DNA from: the human T2T-CHM13v2.0 reference genome, Homo sapiens
Assembly (NCBI RefSeq): GCF_009914755.1
Contig: NC_060928.1
Strand: one strand, 5' to 3'
DNA length: 64,000 bases
Each line of letters starts with the position of its first letter. Positions within the stretch are counted from its first letter, which is position 1. The notes beneath the pieces are model-generated. The model was not told the origin of the DNA. It saw nothing but the letters and a program-made list of their open reading frames with translations, and did no database searches. The position numbers and the translations under genes are program-made. Positions 29,146 to 45,217 of this stretch are shown in pieces.

Positions 29146-31628
29146 GTGAGTGGCCTGCATGATCCTGGGGAGTCCACCTCCAGGCCCTTTGGCTTCTTCT
29201 CTCCCTTTTGCCCTGTTGGAAAGAATGGCAGCCATTGCCACGAATCTGTGTCTTTTGAGAGACCAGGAGACTGTGTCCTTCAGGAGAGAGGGGCAGTTGG
29301 GAGGCCTGGGTTTAGTGCTGTGCACTCCGGTTACCTGACAGCTCAGCGCAGGAGCTCTTGAATAGAGGGGGCTTGGAAGACAGGGCTTAGAGCATCGGGG
29401 AGGTGCCTGAGCTTCGCAGATCAAAGTCCTAGGAAGGCAAGCCTTGCCTGCGACGTGAGTGTGGAAGGGGCAGGTGGTTCTTGCTGTGAGGGTGTTTATT
29501 GTACTGGGGTGTCTGTTGGTATTTTGTGGGATTTTTTTTCAGGCAGCCTTGGAGGAGACAACATACTGTGCTGGGACTGCGGTCCTTGGGGCTCTGGGAG
29601 TTTGTCTGCTGGGTGAGAACCATGCTCACCGATCTCTCGCTGTATTGCATCTACTCAGTTTGCATGTACACTTCCTCCCTCAGGCTGAATTCACTTCCCC
29701 AGGTGTCCTGAGCACTCTGAAGCGCGTCCAGAGTGAAATAGGTGCCAGGAGCCCGCAGACTTCAAATTAAGTGATTAATACTGGCAGCCATTCTTTTCAC
29801 TTCTGCCTCCCTGCCTGCGGTCTGAGCTGTGGAAAGACGGGGCTACCTTCCTGCTCTTTCTTGGGCCTAGGACCTGCTGGGGAGTTGATGATGTGGTTTT
29901 TATGCTCATGAAGGCCTTGAGTTTAAACATTTGATTTGTATCTTCGCTCTCTAGTTGGGGTTTTGATTGTTGTTCTTATCCTGACAGGTTATCTTAGCCT
30001 CATCCCAGGCAGGTCTCCCCTCACGCCCTCACGGAGCGTCAGCCAGCTGGCTGGTGACTGGCTTCTGTGCGGTGTGGTCCTACAGAGGAACGTGGGGGCC
30101 CGGAACTCCCTCTTGGCTAAATCCATACCTACCAAAATTTTGTTTTAACATCTCTGTGTGAGAAGATGAATAACGTTTAACTTGTGGAAATGGTTTTTTA
30201 AAAGTATCCTCAGAAGTTGAGGTTTGGAGAAATTACTGAGCATTTATTTCTAAACTCTTGTCTCTGCAGATTGGATGGAATGCACAGTACCTTGTGTGTG
30301 TGTTTAATTTTTGCTTCTCACTGATGCCTGGGTGGATTTTATTTAAATTAAAACCTATGGACCGTATTGTTTTGGATTGGGCTAAACCGCTGACGAGTCA
30401 GTTACATGTTTAGACATGAGTCTTAGACATTTATCCAAACCTTGGTATTGGCTCGATTTGTGTACATTGTGTCTGTCTTGTATTGTGAACCGCGCAGTGT
30501 CAGTGGCCCCCGCTAGCACTGGTACTCAGGAAGCTGGGCCCTCACCTGCTGTGCTCTCTACCTTTTCACCCTTACCAAGCCTGGGTCTCTGCATGGGGCA
30601 GGCCCTTAAGAAATACCTGCTGTGTGAATGAATGCTGCCTTACTGGGTCCTGCTTAATCTCAATTTTACTACATTTCCAAGCCAGTGTAAGAACACAAAC
30701 AAACTTGGTTGCTGAGTACCAAGCATCATATTAGGTTCTTTACTTATGGATCTTATTTAATATTGACAGTGCGACCTTGACCTCATTTTCCTCTAGAGAA
30801 GGCTCAGCATCCTGGAAAGGCTAGGACTGTGCCCAGGTCTCTGGCTCGTGTGTGTGGGGCCAGGACTCTGATCCTAGGCCCAGGCTAATCCTAAATCCCA
30901 TGTTCTGACTTGGAGAGCCCTAAGGTTTTGCTCTTGTGGTTGTACAATTGAAAACTTAGTGAAAGTCGACCTAATAGTACTATTAAAACTTCAGTTTTAG
31001 GGCCCCAGTCAATCTTGTACTTTGACATTGGAGCAGGGGGTTTGGGCAGAAGGTGTGGTAGCTGTCCAGCCTCCAGCGTTCCCCAGATGCACACCAATAA
31101 AGAAAGCCATGGGGGAGACTTACAACTCTTTGACACTTTGACCCATTAAACCCCGAGGCTGGCAGCCTCTGTGACTTAAATGTCAAATGCCTTAGTTGGG
31201 AAGGGATTCCCTAGTGGCCATGGCCACACAGTGGTTTTCATCCACCTCCTGCCAAAATGACCAAAGCTTGGCCGGCCTCCTGGAGGCCGAAAGCAGGTGG
31301 AAGTGCCACCAGGTGCATGAGGCAGCAGCTCAGAGCAGTGTGGGATTGTCCTGGGAGCATGCATGGTGAGTTACTGCTTTGGACACTGATACCATAATAG
31401 CGAAACTAGATTTTGGATTACATTTTAATAAAATAGTGTGCACTGCCCAGAAGGCAGATGTGCTCTGCTGTATTTTCCAAAAGTAATGATGGGAAAAATA
31501 AAGTGCTGAAAATTCCATGGGTAGCTGCAATTAAAGTCTTAGTGATAGACAAGTGATTGTGTGTAATCTGAGACATCTGGGAGCTGATCAGGAACATCAG
31601 AGCCAGAGGAGTGGCGGGTGCAGCAGCT

Positions 31629-31918
31629 GGCGCTTGTCATCCCAGCACTTTGGGAGGTTGTGGCAGGGGGGAATCACCTGAGGTCAGGAGTTTGAGACCA
31701 GCCTGGCCAACACGGCCAAATCCCATCTCTACTAAAAAAAATAAAAAATTCACCAGGTGCGGTGGCGTGCACCTGTAATCCCACCTATTCAGGAGGCTGA
31801 GGCAAGAAAATTGAGATTGAATCTGGGAGGCAGAGGTTACAGTCAGCCAAGATTGCGCCACTGCACTCTCCAGCCTGGGCGACAGAGCAAGACTCCATCT
31901 CGGAAAAAAAAAGAAAAA
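31629..31918 (+). mobile_element. Alu (diverged)
   Basis: Alu consensus with poly(A). Confidence 0.85.
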
Positions 31919-32737
31919 GTCAGATGACCAGGAAGCACCTGAGACTGGGCTGTGTCGGGGAACAGGGCGCTGAGAAGGAGCTCTGTGGATTCAGCCTTCA
32001 CACTTGTCCTTGAAAGAAGAATGGGGCACGGATATACCTGTGGAGGTCTGTGTATGCTAGTGAAGTCGTGTTGTTTAACTATTACCAAACCACCCGAAGA
32101 GAGCTGTCACAAAAATAAGTTCTAAATATGGAGATTTGGAGGCTGTCATGATCCTTCTCTGCCAGCAAGAGTCCTGTTTTTTGAAGCTTCTGCGTATTCC
32201 TGGGATCTTCCCCCACCCCTGCTTCACTGCCAGGCAGCAAGACGAGGCCTGTGCCAGGTGGGGGCAATTGCACCATGTCCTTTCTTGAAACCCAATGATT
32301 CTCTGCTGGTCCTTCCTTCCCTCCCTCGGTCATTGAGACATTCCTTGATTGGGTTGCTCTGTGTCAATTCCAGTGCTGTGTGTTTTGGATACAGAGGGAG
32401 TGAGAGAGCTTCACCGTCTTGCCCCAGGGATCTTGCGGTCTGGGAGAGGCAGTAGACAAGTCACAAAGACCAAAACAAGGCAGTTTTGTGGGTAGGCTGT
32501 GTCAGAGAACTAAATAGCAGTGATGTGTGTAATCTTTCTTTGTTTCAGGCTGTGTCTTTAAACAATAAAATTACTTTCAGGCCAAGTTGGGGGGAATTGT
32601 TTAAGTAGCCTGTTAAGTATGCATTAAGCCTATTATAGTTGAACTTAAGTATTTGGAGGAAATAGTACTGTGTTCTGTGGTGGTTTTGACGAAAAATACA
32701 TGTGCACGTAATACTTACCCAGAGGCTTTTCTTCCAG

Positions 32738-32818
32738 AGCTCTTTGACATCTGTCTTGCCCGAGCCAAGGAGAGGTGGCGGTCCCTTAGCACAGGAGGCT
32801 CTGAAGTGGAGAACGAAG
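32738..32818 (+). CDS. TBC1D14: TBC1D14 exon (ELFDICLARAKERWRSLSTGGSEVENE)
   Basis: TTTTCTTCCAG| acceptor, AAG|GTAGAA donor, 81 nt, phase 1 to 1. Confidence 0.95.
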
Positions 32819-32929
32819 GTAGAATGTCTTCTAAAACCAGCGGACTGCTGTGGTCAATTATGTTTGTCATTCTTTATTACATAGTGAAGAAAGTTGACGT
32901 TAACTACAGTAGAGATTGTTGTGGAGTCA

Positions 32930-33693
<764 letters not shown>

Positions 33694-33951
33694 TCATGTG
33701 ACTTCCAGTACCCTGGTGTCTGGGATTAGTTGAATACTGGCTTATAGAGGAGCTCAGATTTACAGAGACAAGAACACTGCATGTTTGCTAGATTATGCCT
33801 TTAGAATTCTCCATAACACACAAGGATGATTACTTCTTTTGGTTAAGAAATACATGATTTTACTGATCATTTTTACAGTCTTTGTGGTATTAGAATTCTA
33901 AAAAGTATAAAACAAATTATTTATGATTACTTGTTAGAGATACTACACACT

Positions 33952-34090
33952 GGCTGGGCACAGTGGCTCGTGCCTGTAATCCTAGCACTTTGGGAGGCTG
34001 AGGTGGGCAGATAAGGCCAGGAGTTCAAAGCCAGCCTGAGCAACAAAGAAAGACCCTGTCGCTACAAAAAGATAAAAGAAAAAAGAAATA
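33952..34090 (+). mobile_element. Alu left monomer (FLAM-like)
   Basis: Single arm plus A-rich tail. Confidence 0.75.
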
Positions 34091-34525
34091 TTACATGAGT
34101 ATAATACCGCAATAGTTTCTACATCTAGTGAGTTTACACTGAAGATGTTTGAGATCGAGCAGTGATATATGTGTGTGTGTGTGTGTGTTTATGCTTGGAG
34201 TTTCTTTGTGTTTATTCTCCTACTTGTCCTTGCTTTCCACTGATTGTTATTGATGAGAGGCAAAATGTTAGATTTTGATTTCAGACTCTGGAAAATATCT
34301 AATGATAATCTAGAATTAGCTGGTGCCATAAGATATTTTGTTCTCTAAGAAACCCTGCAATCTGTTAAATACTCTGAAGCTGCACTCTGAGTCAAGATGT
34401 GATTAGGTCAGTGTGCTTCTGAAAAACTTTTTTCCGTGTTTTGTTCTTGTAAAACTTCAAAGGCTCGTAATTGTCCTACATTCGTGCCCTTGAGGAATGT
34501 AATTATTTTTGGCATCTTTTGACAG

Positions 34526-34620
34526 ATGCTGGTTTTTCAGCAGCAGACAGAGAAGCCAGTCTGGAGCTTATTAAACTGGACATTTCTAGAACATTTCCTA
34601 ATCTCTGCATTTTCCAGCAA
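34526..34620 (+). CDS. TBC1D14: TBC1D14 exon with the arginine finger IxxDxxR ([32 protein letters not shown])
   Basis: TTTTGACAG| acceptor, |GTAAGT donor, 95 nt, phase 1 to 0. Confidence 0.97.
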
Positions 34621-36201
34621 GTAAGTGGTGGTGACTTGTTGCTTTCAAGTATGTTTTGTCTAAAATTCATAGATGCTGAACTGTGTATATTTGTTGTCAA
34701 GTTTGAAAGGTACTTGGGTTTTTGGGGGTGTTAGGAGGTAGGGTGGATGTTACTATTAAATACATTTAGACTTTTTAAAATAAGTGTAACTGATCATTTC
34801 CAACAAATATTTACTATGTCCATACTTGTGCTCCAAAAGACAATTCTGTCTTCCTCTTGAGATACATGTCTCGGGGCCCCTGTAGGTCTGGTCTGAGAGG
34901 GTCCCCATGGGTGGCTGTGTCTGCTGGCGCTTTCTTGGACACTCCTCTGCTCTCAGGACTGTGTGTAGCAGTCTGCGCTCAGCAAGGCCATGTTGGTGTG
35001 ATGGGCTTCGGCTCAGATGAGCCCAGTGCAGTGAGCCCGTGTGAGAAAGGGAAATCCCTGGCAGCCTGGGTGGGTGGCCAAGCCGGGGTGACAGGTTTCT
35101 GAGCAGGTAGACCAGGAGAGCAGTGCAGCTGAGGGACAGAAGCCTGCTGTGGGAGATAGGACAGGCTCCTTAGGTGGCAGGAAAAGCAGAGGGGAGCCTC
35201 CTCCTGGGCATCTGAACACAGGACAGGGCTGCCAGCAGTAGGTTGTGGGGTCATCTGAGCTGAACTCTTTAAAGACCTTCTATTCTTTGAGCCAGCAGAC
35301 GTTAATCTGGGGATCTTTTGATCCCTTTCTTATCTATAACGGGTTTTTGCGGGGGCAGTTGTTCTTGCAGAATACCTTTGCACCTGTCCCTTGTCTGTTC
35401 TCACTGCCTTTACTCAGGTTCTCATCTTTGTGGATTTCCGTGTGGGTCTTCAGAAATCTTTTCAGAAGAGGAAAGAGAGGGAATCTACAAAGCTCCAGCA
35501 GCTTTGGTCCTGGTGTCTGGTGCGTGAGCCCAGCGAGCACCCCACTGGCTTGCAGCAGGCAGTTGACTTAGCTGGGAGCCTGTTTCCTGGAACCCTGCTT
35601 CTCCCACAGGGCAGATTTCAGCTTCTCTGCCCTTTTGCCCCAGTTCGTCTCCATAGGCCTCAGTGCACTCCATGCTTTGCAGCCCCTGCATCGCTCTCTT
35701 GGAGCTGCTCCTGTTTCTTGGCCCTTGGAGGGGAAAGACTTTCTTCCCCCAGCCCAAAAGGCCCTTCCCCACCCTCCACCCACGGTTCACGTGCCCCCTC
35801 ACCAGGCTCTCAGAGGGATCCAGGAGAGGCAGCTTTCTGGAAAGGAGTTTTACCTTTGATTTCAAACAAATTTGGGCTTTTATCACAGATTGCCTTCCCA
35901 CTAGCTTTGGGCAAATCCATCTTTTTGAGCCTTAGTTTGTTCATCTGTAACAGGGTGATCATACTGGCCTAACAGGGCTGTTGACAGTACTTGGCAGATA
36001 ACAGTGCTTTTTGTTATTAAATCTCTTTGAACGTAATTTGAAACTGAAAGACAACTAAATCCAACCAGAGGTCAAAGGGCCATATCCTACCAGGTGGTGG
36101 CAGAAGTGTGTGATGAAAGAGGTGGTGGGCGGAGGCCAAAGAAGTTTCTTCCCAGGTCTTTCATTCCAATGTAGAGATCTCTCAGCCCTGGTAGAAAGTA
36201 G

Positions 36202-36605
<404 letters not shown>

Positions 36606-37770
36606 CATCATTGTTTTCATTTAAGAAATGACAGAAATGACATTTAGCACCAAAGTGAGATGGAAGGATCGAAATTACAACGGTAGAAAACCTTTGAAGT
36701 TAAACACATTTAGCTTTAAGAGAAGTTCAGTGTAATGCTCTTGTTTTCTTGTTTAGCCTTGGCCTGGATAAAACTTTGTTACAGTCACACTAGTCCTTAG
36801 ACTGGCATTTGGTGCCACTGCAGACCGTCACCCCCACCCTAGGCCTGGATGCTGGCATTTTTACCCTCTCATTGCTATTTTTCCTTTTGTCCCTCTGTGA
36901 TTTGGAACTGTCTTTTCTTTTACTTAGCTCTTTTCACATGCTAGAATATGATGGTCTGGGCCATGGCATTCTTTTGTAAGCCACCTGTGGTCACCTGTGG
37001 AGTGACTTCTTATCTCTCACCATGTGTGATTTTTATTCCTTGTGTTAAATGTAGGTACCTGGTAGACATAGACAGTAAGTGTTTGGGACTGAACCTGTCC
37101 TTTTGTTGTATCTTCTCACATGCTAACTTCAGCGTGAGGCATCTCTGCACTTTCTTCTGTGCTCCATTGGGGAAATAATTCCAACAATTGACTTTTTGGA
37201 AGCAGTTATAAGAGCAAGTGGAAATGTTAGAGGGGTGGAAGAGCTGGGAGAATGTTTAAACAAAATGGTAGCCACCAGGACTTAGAAGAGTGTATTTCCT
37301 AAACTTGCCATTCAGAAAACCAACAGAAACAAGGAGAGTGATAAGCCTGGGAAGAGAGGCAGAAAGGATAGTCAGGATGTGGGGCACAGTGGGAGACGGC
37401 CTGAGTGACACTGAGTAGTCACCTGCTTTGAAGAGCCCCCGCATACCTGGCTCTCCTGGTGGGCTTTGAAAGGGAACACAGTTATACAGCAGGAGCCAAA
37501 TAAAGGATATTTGTCCAGGGTGGTGCTCCTGCCTGGCCCTCCAGCTTCTTTTCAGAGCAGTTACATAGCGTGAGCTGCAGACTTCCCTAGCTGTGAATGG
37601 GTAATTTGTTAAATTCCATATGCATATAGAGCTGCTGGCATCATGCTTGGCATATTTCATAATGCTGAAAATAGCAGGAGTGGCAGCGGCAGCAGTAGTA
37701 GTATCAGATGTTCGTCTGAGCACTAACAGTACTCATGCATGTGTTGTTTTTGCTGTGTTGATCCTTTTAG

Positions 37771-37842
37771 GGTGGTCCATATCATGACATGTTGCACAGT
37801 ATTTTGGGCGCTTATACTTGTTACCGGCCAGATGTGGGTTAT
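37771..37842 (+). CDS. TBC1D14: TBC1D14 exon ([24 protein letters not shown])
   Basis: CCTTTTAG| acceptor, |GTAAGT donor, 72 nt, phase 0 to 0. Confidence 0.97.
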
Positions 37843-38546
37843 GTAAGTGAAGTTTCTCAGTATTTTATAATGTTGTTATCTAAAAAGAAAGTCAGATATT
37901 GTCCAGCACGTGTTAGCTGCAAATGTCATGCCAGTGCCTTCGTTTTTGCCGAGGAGTATGAAAAGTCTCGTGGTAAGTGAGTTAAGTGAGTTGACTCAGG
38001 TTCCTCTTAAAGAAATTGAGCTGTCGTGGCTGCTCTGGGGCATTAATCACATTTTAATCGAATGCAATTTTCATTTTTGGCATGTGACTTTTTTCCAACA
38101 TTAAATCAAAGAAACCTTAACCACGTTAAAAGCAGCAACCATTAAAAAGCACTGCTGATACTTCTGTGGCTTCGCGGATGTGTGTGCGCATGCATGGTTT
38201 GATATTAAGCTTATTGAGATAGATAACACAAGTCTACGGCACCGGGACACTGGACATAGGAAAGAGCAGTATTTCAGATGCTCTGGGCCTAAGAGGGCTG
38301 GTTTAGGGTTTTCCATTTGCGGGGTGGGAGCAGGGGTGGGAACTGAAGGAGAGCAGGCCGGGTGGCTGGGGTGGCAGAGTGGTGGTTCTGAGTGAGGGCA
38401 GTTCAGCGTTGGGTGGCCGGAGGAGTGGGGCGGCTCTAGGGACACTTCTAGTGTGAGGGTGGTAGGTTTGTCTTTGCTAAAAATGAACACACTACGGTGA
38501 CCCTGTGGCCACTGTGATTTTAACGTGCCTTTCTCTCCTCTCTCAG

Positions 38547-38675
38547 GTCCAGGGCATGTCCTTCATAGCAGCAGTGTTGATCTTGAACTTAGATACTGCA
38601 GATGCCTTTATTGCCTTTTCTAACCTTCTGAATAAACCCTGTCAAATGGCGTTTTTTAGAGTGGACCATGGCCTT
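38547..38675 (+). CDS. TBC1D14: TBC1D14 exon with the glutamine finger (Y|[43 protein letters not shown])
   Basis: Polypyrimidine tract plus CAG| acceptor, |GTGAGT donor, 129 nt; the YxQGM motif spans the exon junction. Confidence 0.97.
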
Positions 38676-39396
38676 GTGAGTATCCTCTGTGTTCGGGCCC
38701 TGGGTACTGTGTCTTTAAATGTCAAGAGTTGCTTACTCGTCTGTGTTTTCGGTGGAAAAAAAGAATACATTTTCTCTCTGTGAAGAGATGTTTAGAGTAA
38801 GCAGCACTGTAAGGTGGAGGATGATTTTGAGCAGCGTATTGCATGGAAGCTGAAAAAGACACGGTTAGTAGCCGTATGTCTGGGTTTCTTAATACATTCT
38901 CTCAGAAAAACATTACCTGTATTTTTGAAAATGTATTCTTTTAATGAAGGAAGAAGTGTGGCTCCTGCTTAAACTTAACACACACTTGGTGTCAAAGTCA
39001 CAGCTTGATGGCAGTGCCCACGTTTGGGCCTGTTGGGTAGAACATGTCGTAATCGAGCGGTGTTGCTGCTCATTGTCACCCTGCTTTGTGAAGTGTGCCC
39101 ACACCCGGGAGAAAGGAGACACGCTGGAGACCATACTCCTTTATTTTTTAAAAGGCAGCCATTTGTTTAGTGGACCGCTCTAGTCTTTATGACACTGCTT
39201 AAGTGGGAGGCGGTGACAGTGGGGGGTGGTGACAGTGGGGGGTAGGGTTTACATGCCTCCCAGATAAGCCCTCTGCGCAGTTCAGGTGAGGAGATAAGGC
39301 TCAAAGTGAAGGGACTCGTTCAAGGCATGCATCTGGTAAGTGGAGGAGCTGAGATTTGAATCCGTTCTGGTTCCTAAGCCCTTGTTCTTTCTGTAG

Positions 39397-40461
<1,065 letters not shown>

Positions 40462-41042
40462 TTAAAATTTGGTAAGTGATCAGTAGTGATGCTTACAAAG
40501 AGCTGCATTGTGAGAAAGTGTTCAAGATGTTAATTCAGTGTATGTAAGATAAAACGTAAACTATAGTGACTGTTGTATTTAACAATAAAAGGAAATATGC
40601 CACAGAATTACTAGTGTTTATAGTTTTTTGAATGATGGATTAATAGTGTTTATGTGTTTCCTAAGTTATCTACAGTGAGTGTTTACAGGTATGACTTTCA
40701 TAATCAGGTAAAAACTTACCTTTCCAAGAAAAGTAATGGTCAGAAACAGAAAATAAATCTTGAGGAAGCGTTCTTACTCTTGAAATAACTCATTGGCACA
40801 GTATATACTGGCCTTACGTTGCTTGTGATATTAATTCCTGAAAATAATTCCTGCATGTAAATTTAATTTTATCTTTTTATAAATAAATACATGATTCCCA
40901 TCTAAGTTTCTGCTGATTTTGAAGATAAGACCCCAGCTTTCTCTTTGGAAATGTGGTAGAAATTGTGCCTAGGAATCATAGCTTGTATTTTGAAGGAGAA
41001 ACCATAGAGTCATAATGTTGAGTGGGGTCTTCATGACAGCAG

Positions 41043-41249
41043 CAGATTTTCTCCCCGGCAGCCCCGTTGAACTTAGGACTGTGTGACTCTGCTGGGGGAT
41101 GTCCTGTGCGCTGGAGGATGCTAAGCAGCTTGCCAGCCTCCATATCCCCGTGCCAGCAGCACCTGCCCCCGGTTATGACGACCAGAAGTATCTTCACATT
41201 GACCAGTGTTGCCTTAGAGACCAAATCACTCCCTTTTGGGAGCCACCGT
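41043..41249. mobile_element. MER20-like hAT DNA transposon
   Basis: GGGGGATGTCCTGTGCGCTGGAGGATGCTAAGCAGC...CCAAATCACTCCC resembles the MER20 consensus as I recall it. Confidence 0.6.
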
Positions 41250-41321
41250 CTACAGTAGAGCCCCTCCTTCGGATGCACAGACACCAGAGTCGTGATCTGC
41301 CCCCAGGCGCCCAGCTGGTGA

Positions 41322-41941
<620 letters not shown>

Positions 41942-42340
41942 TCCAGATACTTTTACACGTTCATATATTCCTGGTTTTTAGGAAAGAGTGAGTCTGTACA
42001 GGCTCCACCTTTGCAGCGGGACAGGCACAAATTCATTCCCAGCTTCACCACCTACAAAGCTTGTGCCCTTATTTGGCAAGTTCCATAACTGCTTTGGGTT
42101 TCAGTTCCCTTTTCTATGAATTGAAGAAGATGAGGTGTAGCTATTGATGTCATTGTGAAGATTAGAAATAGTGCTTGTTTATAATTTGAATAGTACCTAC
42201 AATAAGTTGCCATTCAAAGTGTATTAGTAATTACAGAAGAAGGTAATTGTTAGAGTCTAAAGATATACATATATTGACTTTTTTGTAAATTGAAAACTTG
42301 TGCAGATAGTTTCTGAGTAAATTTCATATTATCTCCCTAG

Positions 42341-42450
42341 ATGTTGACTTATTTTGCTGCATTTGAAGTATTCTTTGAAGAAAATTTGCCGAAATTATTT
42401 GCGCATTTCAAGAAGAACAACCTAACTCCAGATATCTACCTAATTGATTG
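42341..42450 (+). CDS. TBC1D14: TBC1D14 exon ([37 protein letters not shown])
   Basis: TCTCCCTAG| acceptor, |GTAAGA donor, 110 nt, phase 0 to 2. Confidence 0.97.
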
Positions 42451-44909
42451 GTAAGACTGGCTTTTCCCTGTGTTTTCAGAGCATTTCTCAGCCCTTGTCT
42501 GTTCTTCACTCTCTTCTCTGCCAACTTCTTCATGGCCCGGCTGAGTCCTCATATCCTGCTTTCCAGCCTTCCCTGATGGCCCTGCCCTTGAGTTTTATTT
42601 CCATCAGTGCCTCCGCCTGGCCCTCCTGAATTCCCTCAAGGGGAGAAATGGTATCTTGGGCCTGTTTGTTTCCAAAGTGCTGTCCATTCCTTAAAGGACC
42701 CGTCCTAAGCACCCGGCCTGTGCAGGCCCTCGCTGGGTATAGAGGTGGCCTGAGGAGCAAGGGCAGCGCTTGCCTGTCAGGAGCTCCTGGCTTGTGGGAG
42801 ACACGTGTGTCCATGGGAACTGTCCACGTGAGATGAGTGCCGTCTTGGAAGGCAGGAGGTCCTGGACCCAGCACAGGGTTCAGAGTACATAGAGCGAAGG
42901 TGACAAGTGCATGTGCCATTCCAGAGTCAGCGGGCACTGTAGCCAGGTCTGGTGGGGTAGAGGTTGAAAGTAAAGGGCAGAGGACGGCAGGCGATGAGGT
43001 GGGGAGGCCAGGTCACGGTGGCTCTTAGACCCAAGCTCTGGAGCTTGGGCAGGATTGCGGGGCCAGGGGGAGTGGGAGAAGGCTTCTGCTGAGGATGAGG
43101 GTGGGGCAGATCCAGCGGCGAGTTTTAAGTTACCTGGAAGGCAGGAGAGCCTGGGAACAGAGAGACCAATTAAGGGGGAAAAAGCTGAAGTAGGTGGAGA
43201 GAAGGCCCCGTGGAAATATTGTGGGTATGTCAGAGAATCATGGTCAGCTCTTGACTGCGGTTGGGGAAGGGGTTTGCTGATGCCTTCAGCTGAGACCAAA
43301 GACAAAGGGAGAAGATTCGGCCAGGGCAGTTAGTGGATTTGACTTCAGATGGGTGATTTTGAGGTGCCTGCGGGACATGTGAGTACAGGCATCCTGAGAC
43401 AGATACAAGGATCCTGAGAGGTCTACGCAGCAGCATTGGGCCAGGCAGGTCTTCATGCTGTGGTGAAAGGGGTTGCTGAGGATGTGGTGTGGCTGTTAGC
43501 CCAGAGAGCACCATGTTTGAGGGCCAGGTAAGAGGGCTGGGAGACCTGTGTGTGGAAGGGAGCAGCCTCTCAGATCATATGGTGGGAAGAGGGTGCCTCC
43601 GGGATCCAGCAGCCCCAGCCCAAACCCAGCTTCTCCCATTATTGCCTTGTGGTCTTGGGGAAGGCTGTGAAGCCCGGCTGAGCTCCCAGTTCCTTATCTG
43701 GAGGCCACAGTGATTCACCCCACAGGGTGCTGTAGGGTGACCGTGCGGCACCACCCGACTCATAGAAGGGGCTCCGCAGAAGTAAAGAATGTACTATTCG
43801 ACCAGAAAGGCACGTTCCACTAAATCGTATGGTAAATGTCAAACCACTGTGAACAGATAGCTGGCTGGTTTGGTTTTGTTGTTGTTGCCCACTTTCTTCA
43901 TCAGGGAAAAGGCCTTCTGGAAGGTAAAATTCAAGTATCATTTGAAAGGAAGCTGACCCTTAGCTAAAGCAGCCTTGTCTGTGCCCTTAAGAGTGTGCCT
44001 TTGGGATTCTTGGTTTGTTGCTTCTGTCCCAAACCCTGGACTGTTCTCACTCCACTGACCTTTGCTATGAAGGACGAGGGTTTTGGAGGTTGAATCTTGT
44101 AGCTGAAGCCACAAGGCGCTGGTGACAGGACAGTGAACATGGGGCCGTGAGTGGCGCTGGCGGGGATGCTGGGCTGGCCTGCCTGGCTATACTGGGTAGA
44201 AGTGTTTAGGGCCTGCTTTAAAGGGGACCTTTATTCAGCAAATGGTGATTTTCTTCACAGCTGTGAACACAAAGCTCCTGCACAGGCTGCCCCACCGTGT
44301 GCATTTGACTGCGAGCCCTGCCCCTCAGATTCCTGGCTGGGGCCCGCGGTGCTGGAGGACAGGAGGGGATCCAGGCAGGACCTGAGCCTTTAGCTTCTCC
44401 CTTATCTGTTTTAGGGCTTCTGATTAGTTTCTTAGGATTCTAGGCCAAAAGTCAATAGTGTCTTTCAAACTTTTCCCACCTTTACTTGCAAAAGGAAATG
44501 CGTTTTAAATTGTGACCCAATGTGTGCAGAAACTTAACACGTACGTATGCTGGGAACGGTGGTTTCATGACCCAGTACCTAACCCTGACCATGTGAAGCA
44601 TTCTGAAATATTGTACTTTGTTCTATTTATTCCAAAAAATGCTGGTGATAATCTGCTTTCGTTGCCTTCGTGATCCACTGGCTGTTGTCTGGGTCATGCC
44701 TGGCAGTGTGAAAAGTACAGGCCTGGAGAATAGTGTTGTCTGCTTCTGTCCCAGCCTGAAGATGGTTGTAATCCATGTAGGGGCAAAGACAAAAGGCACC
44801 AGCGTTTTTTGACTCGAGTGCTTCTCACACATGCTGTCTTTGAACCCTTGGAACAACCTCTCCAAGCCCAGTGTAACACTTGTGTTTTATAGAGGAAAAA
44901 AACAGGCTC

Positions 44910-45217
44910 AGGGCGGGGTGCACTAGCTCACGCCTGTAATCCCAGCACTTTGGGAGGCCCAGGCGGGCAGATCACATGAGGTCAGGAGTTCGAGACCAAC
45001 CTGGCCAATGTGGCGAAACCCCGTCTCTACTAAAATACAAAAATTGGCTGGGCATGGTGGCGCGTACCTGTAATCCCAGCTACTTAGGAGGCTGAGGCAC
45101 GAGAATCATTTGAACCCAGGAGGCAGAGGTTGCAGTGAGCCGAGATCACACCACTGCACTCTAGCCTGGGTGACAGAGTGGGCCTCTCTCTCCAAAACAA
45201 ACAAACAAAAAATAAAA
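44910..45217 (+). mobile_element. Alu inserted in a MIR-like remnant
   Basis: Alu consensus; flanks resemble MIR core (AAACTGAGGCTCAGAGAGG). Confidence 0.85.
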
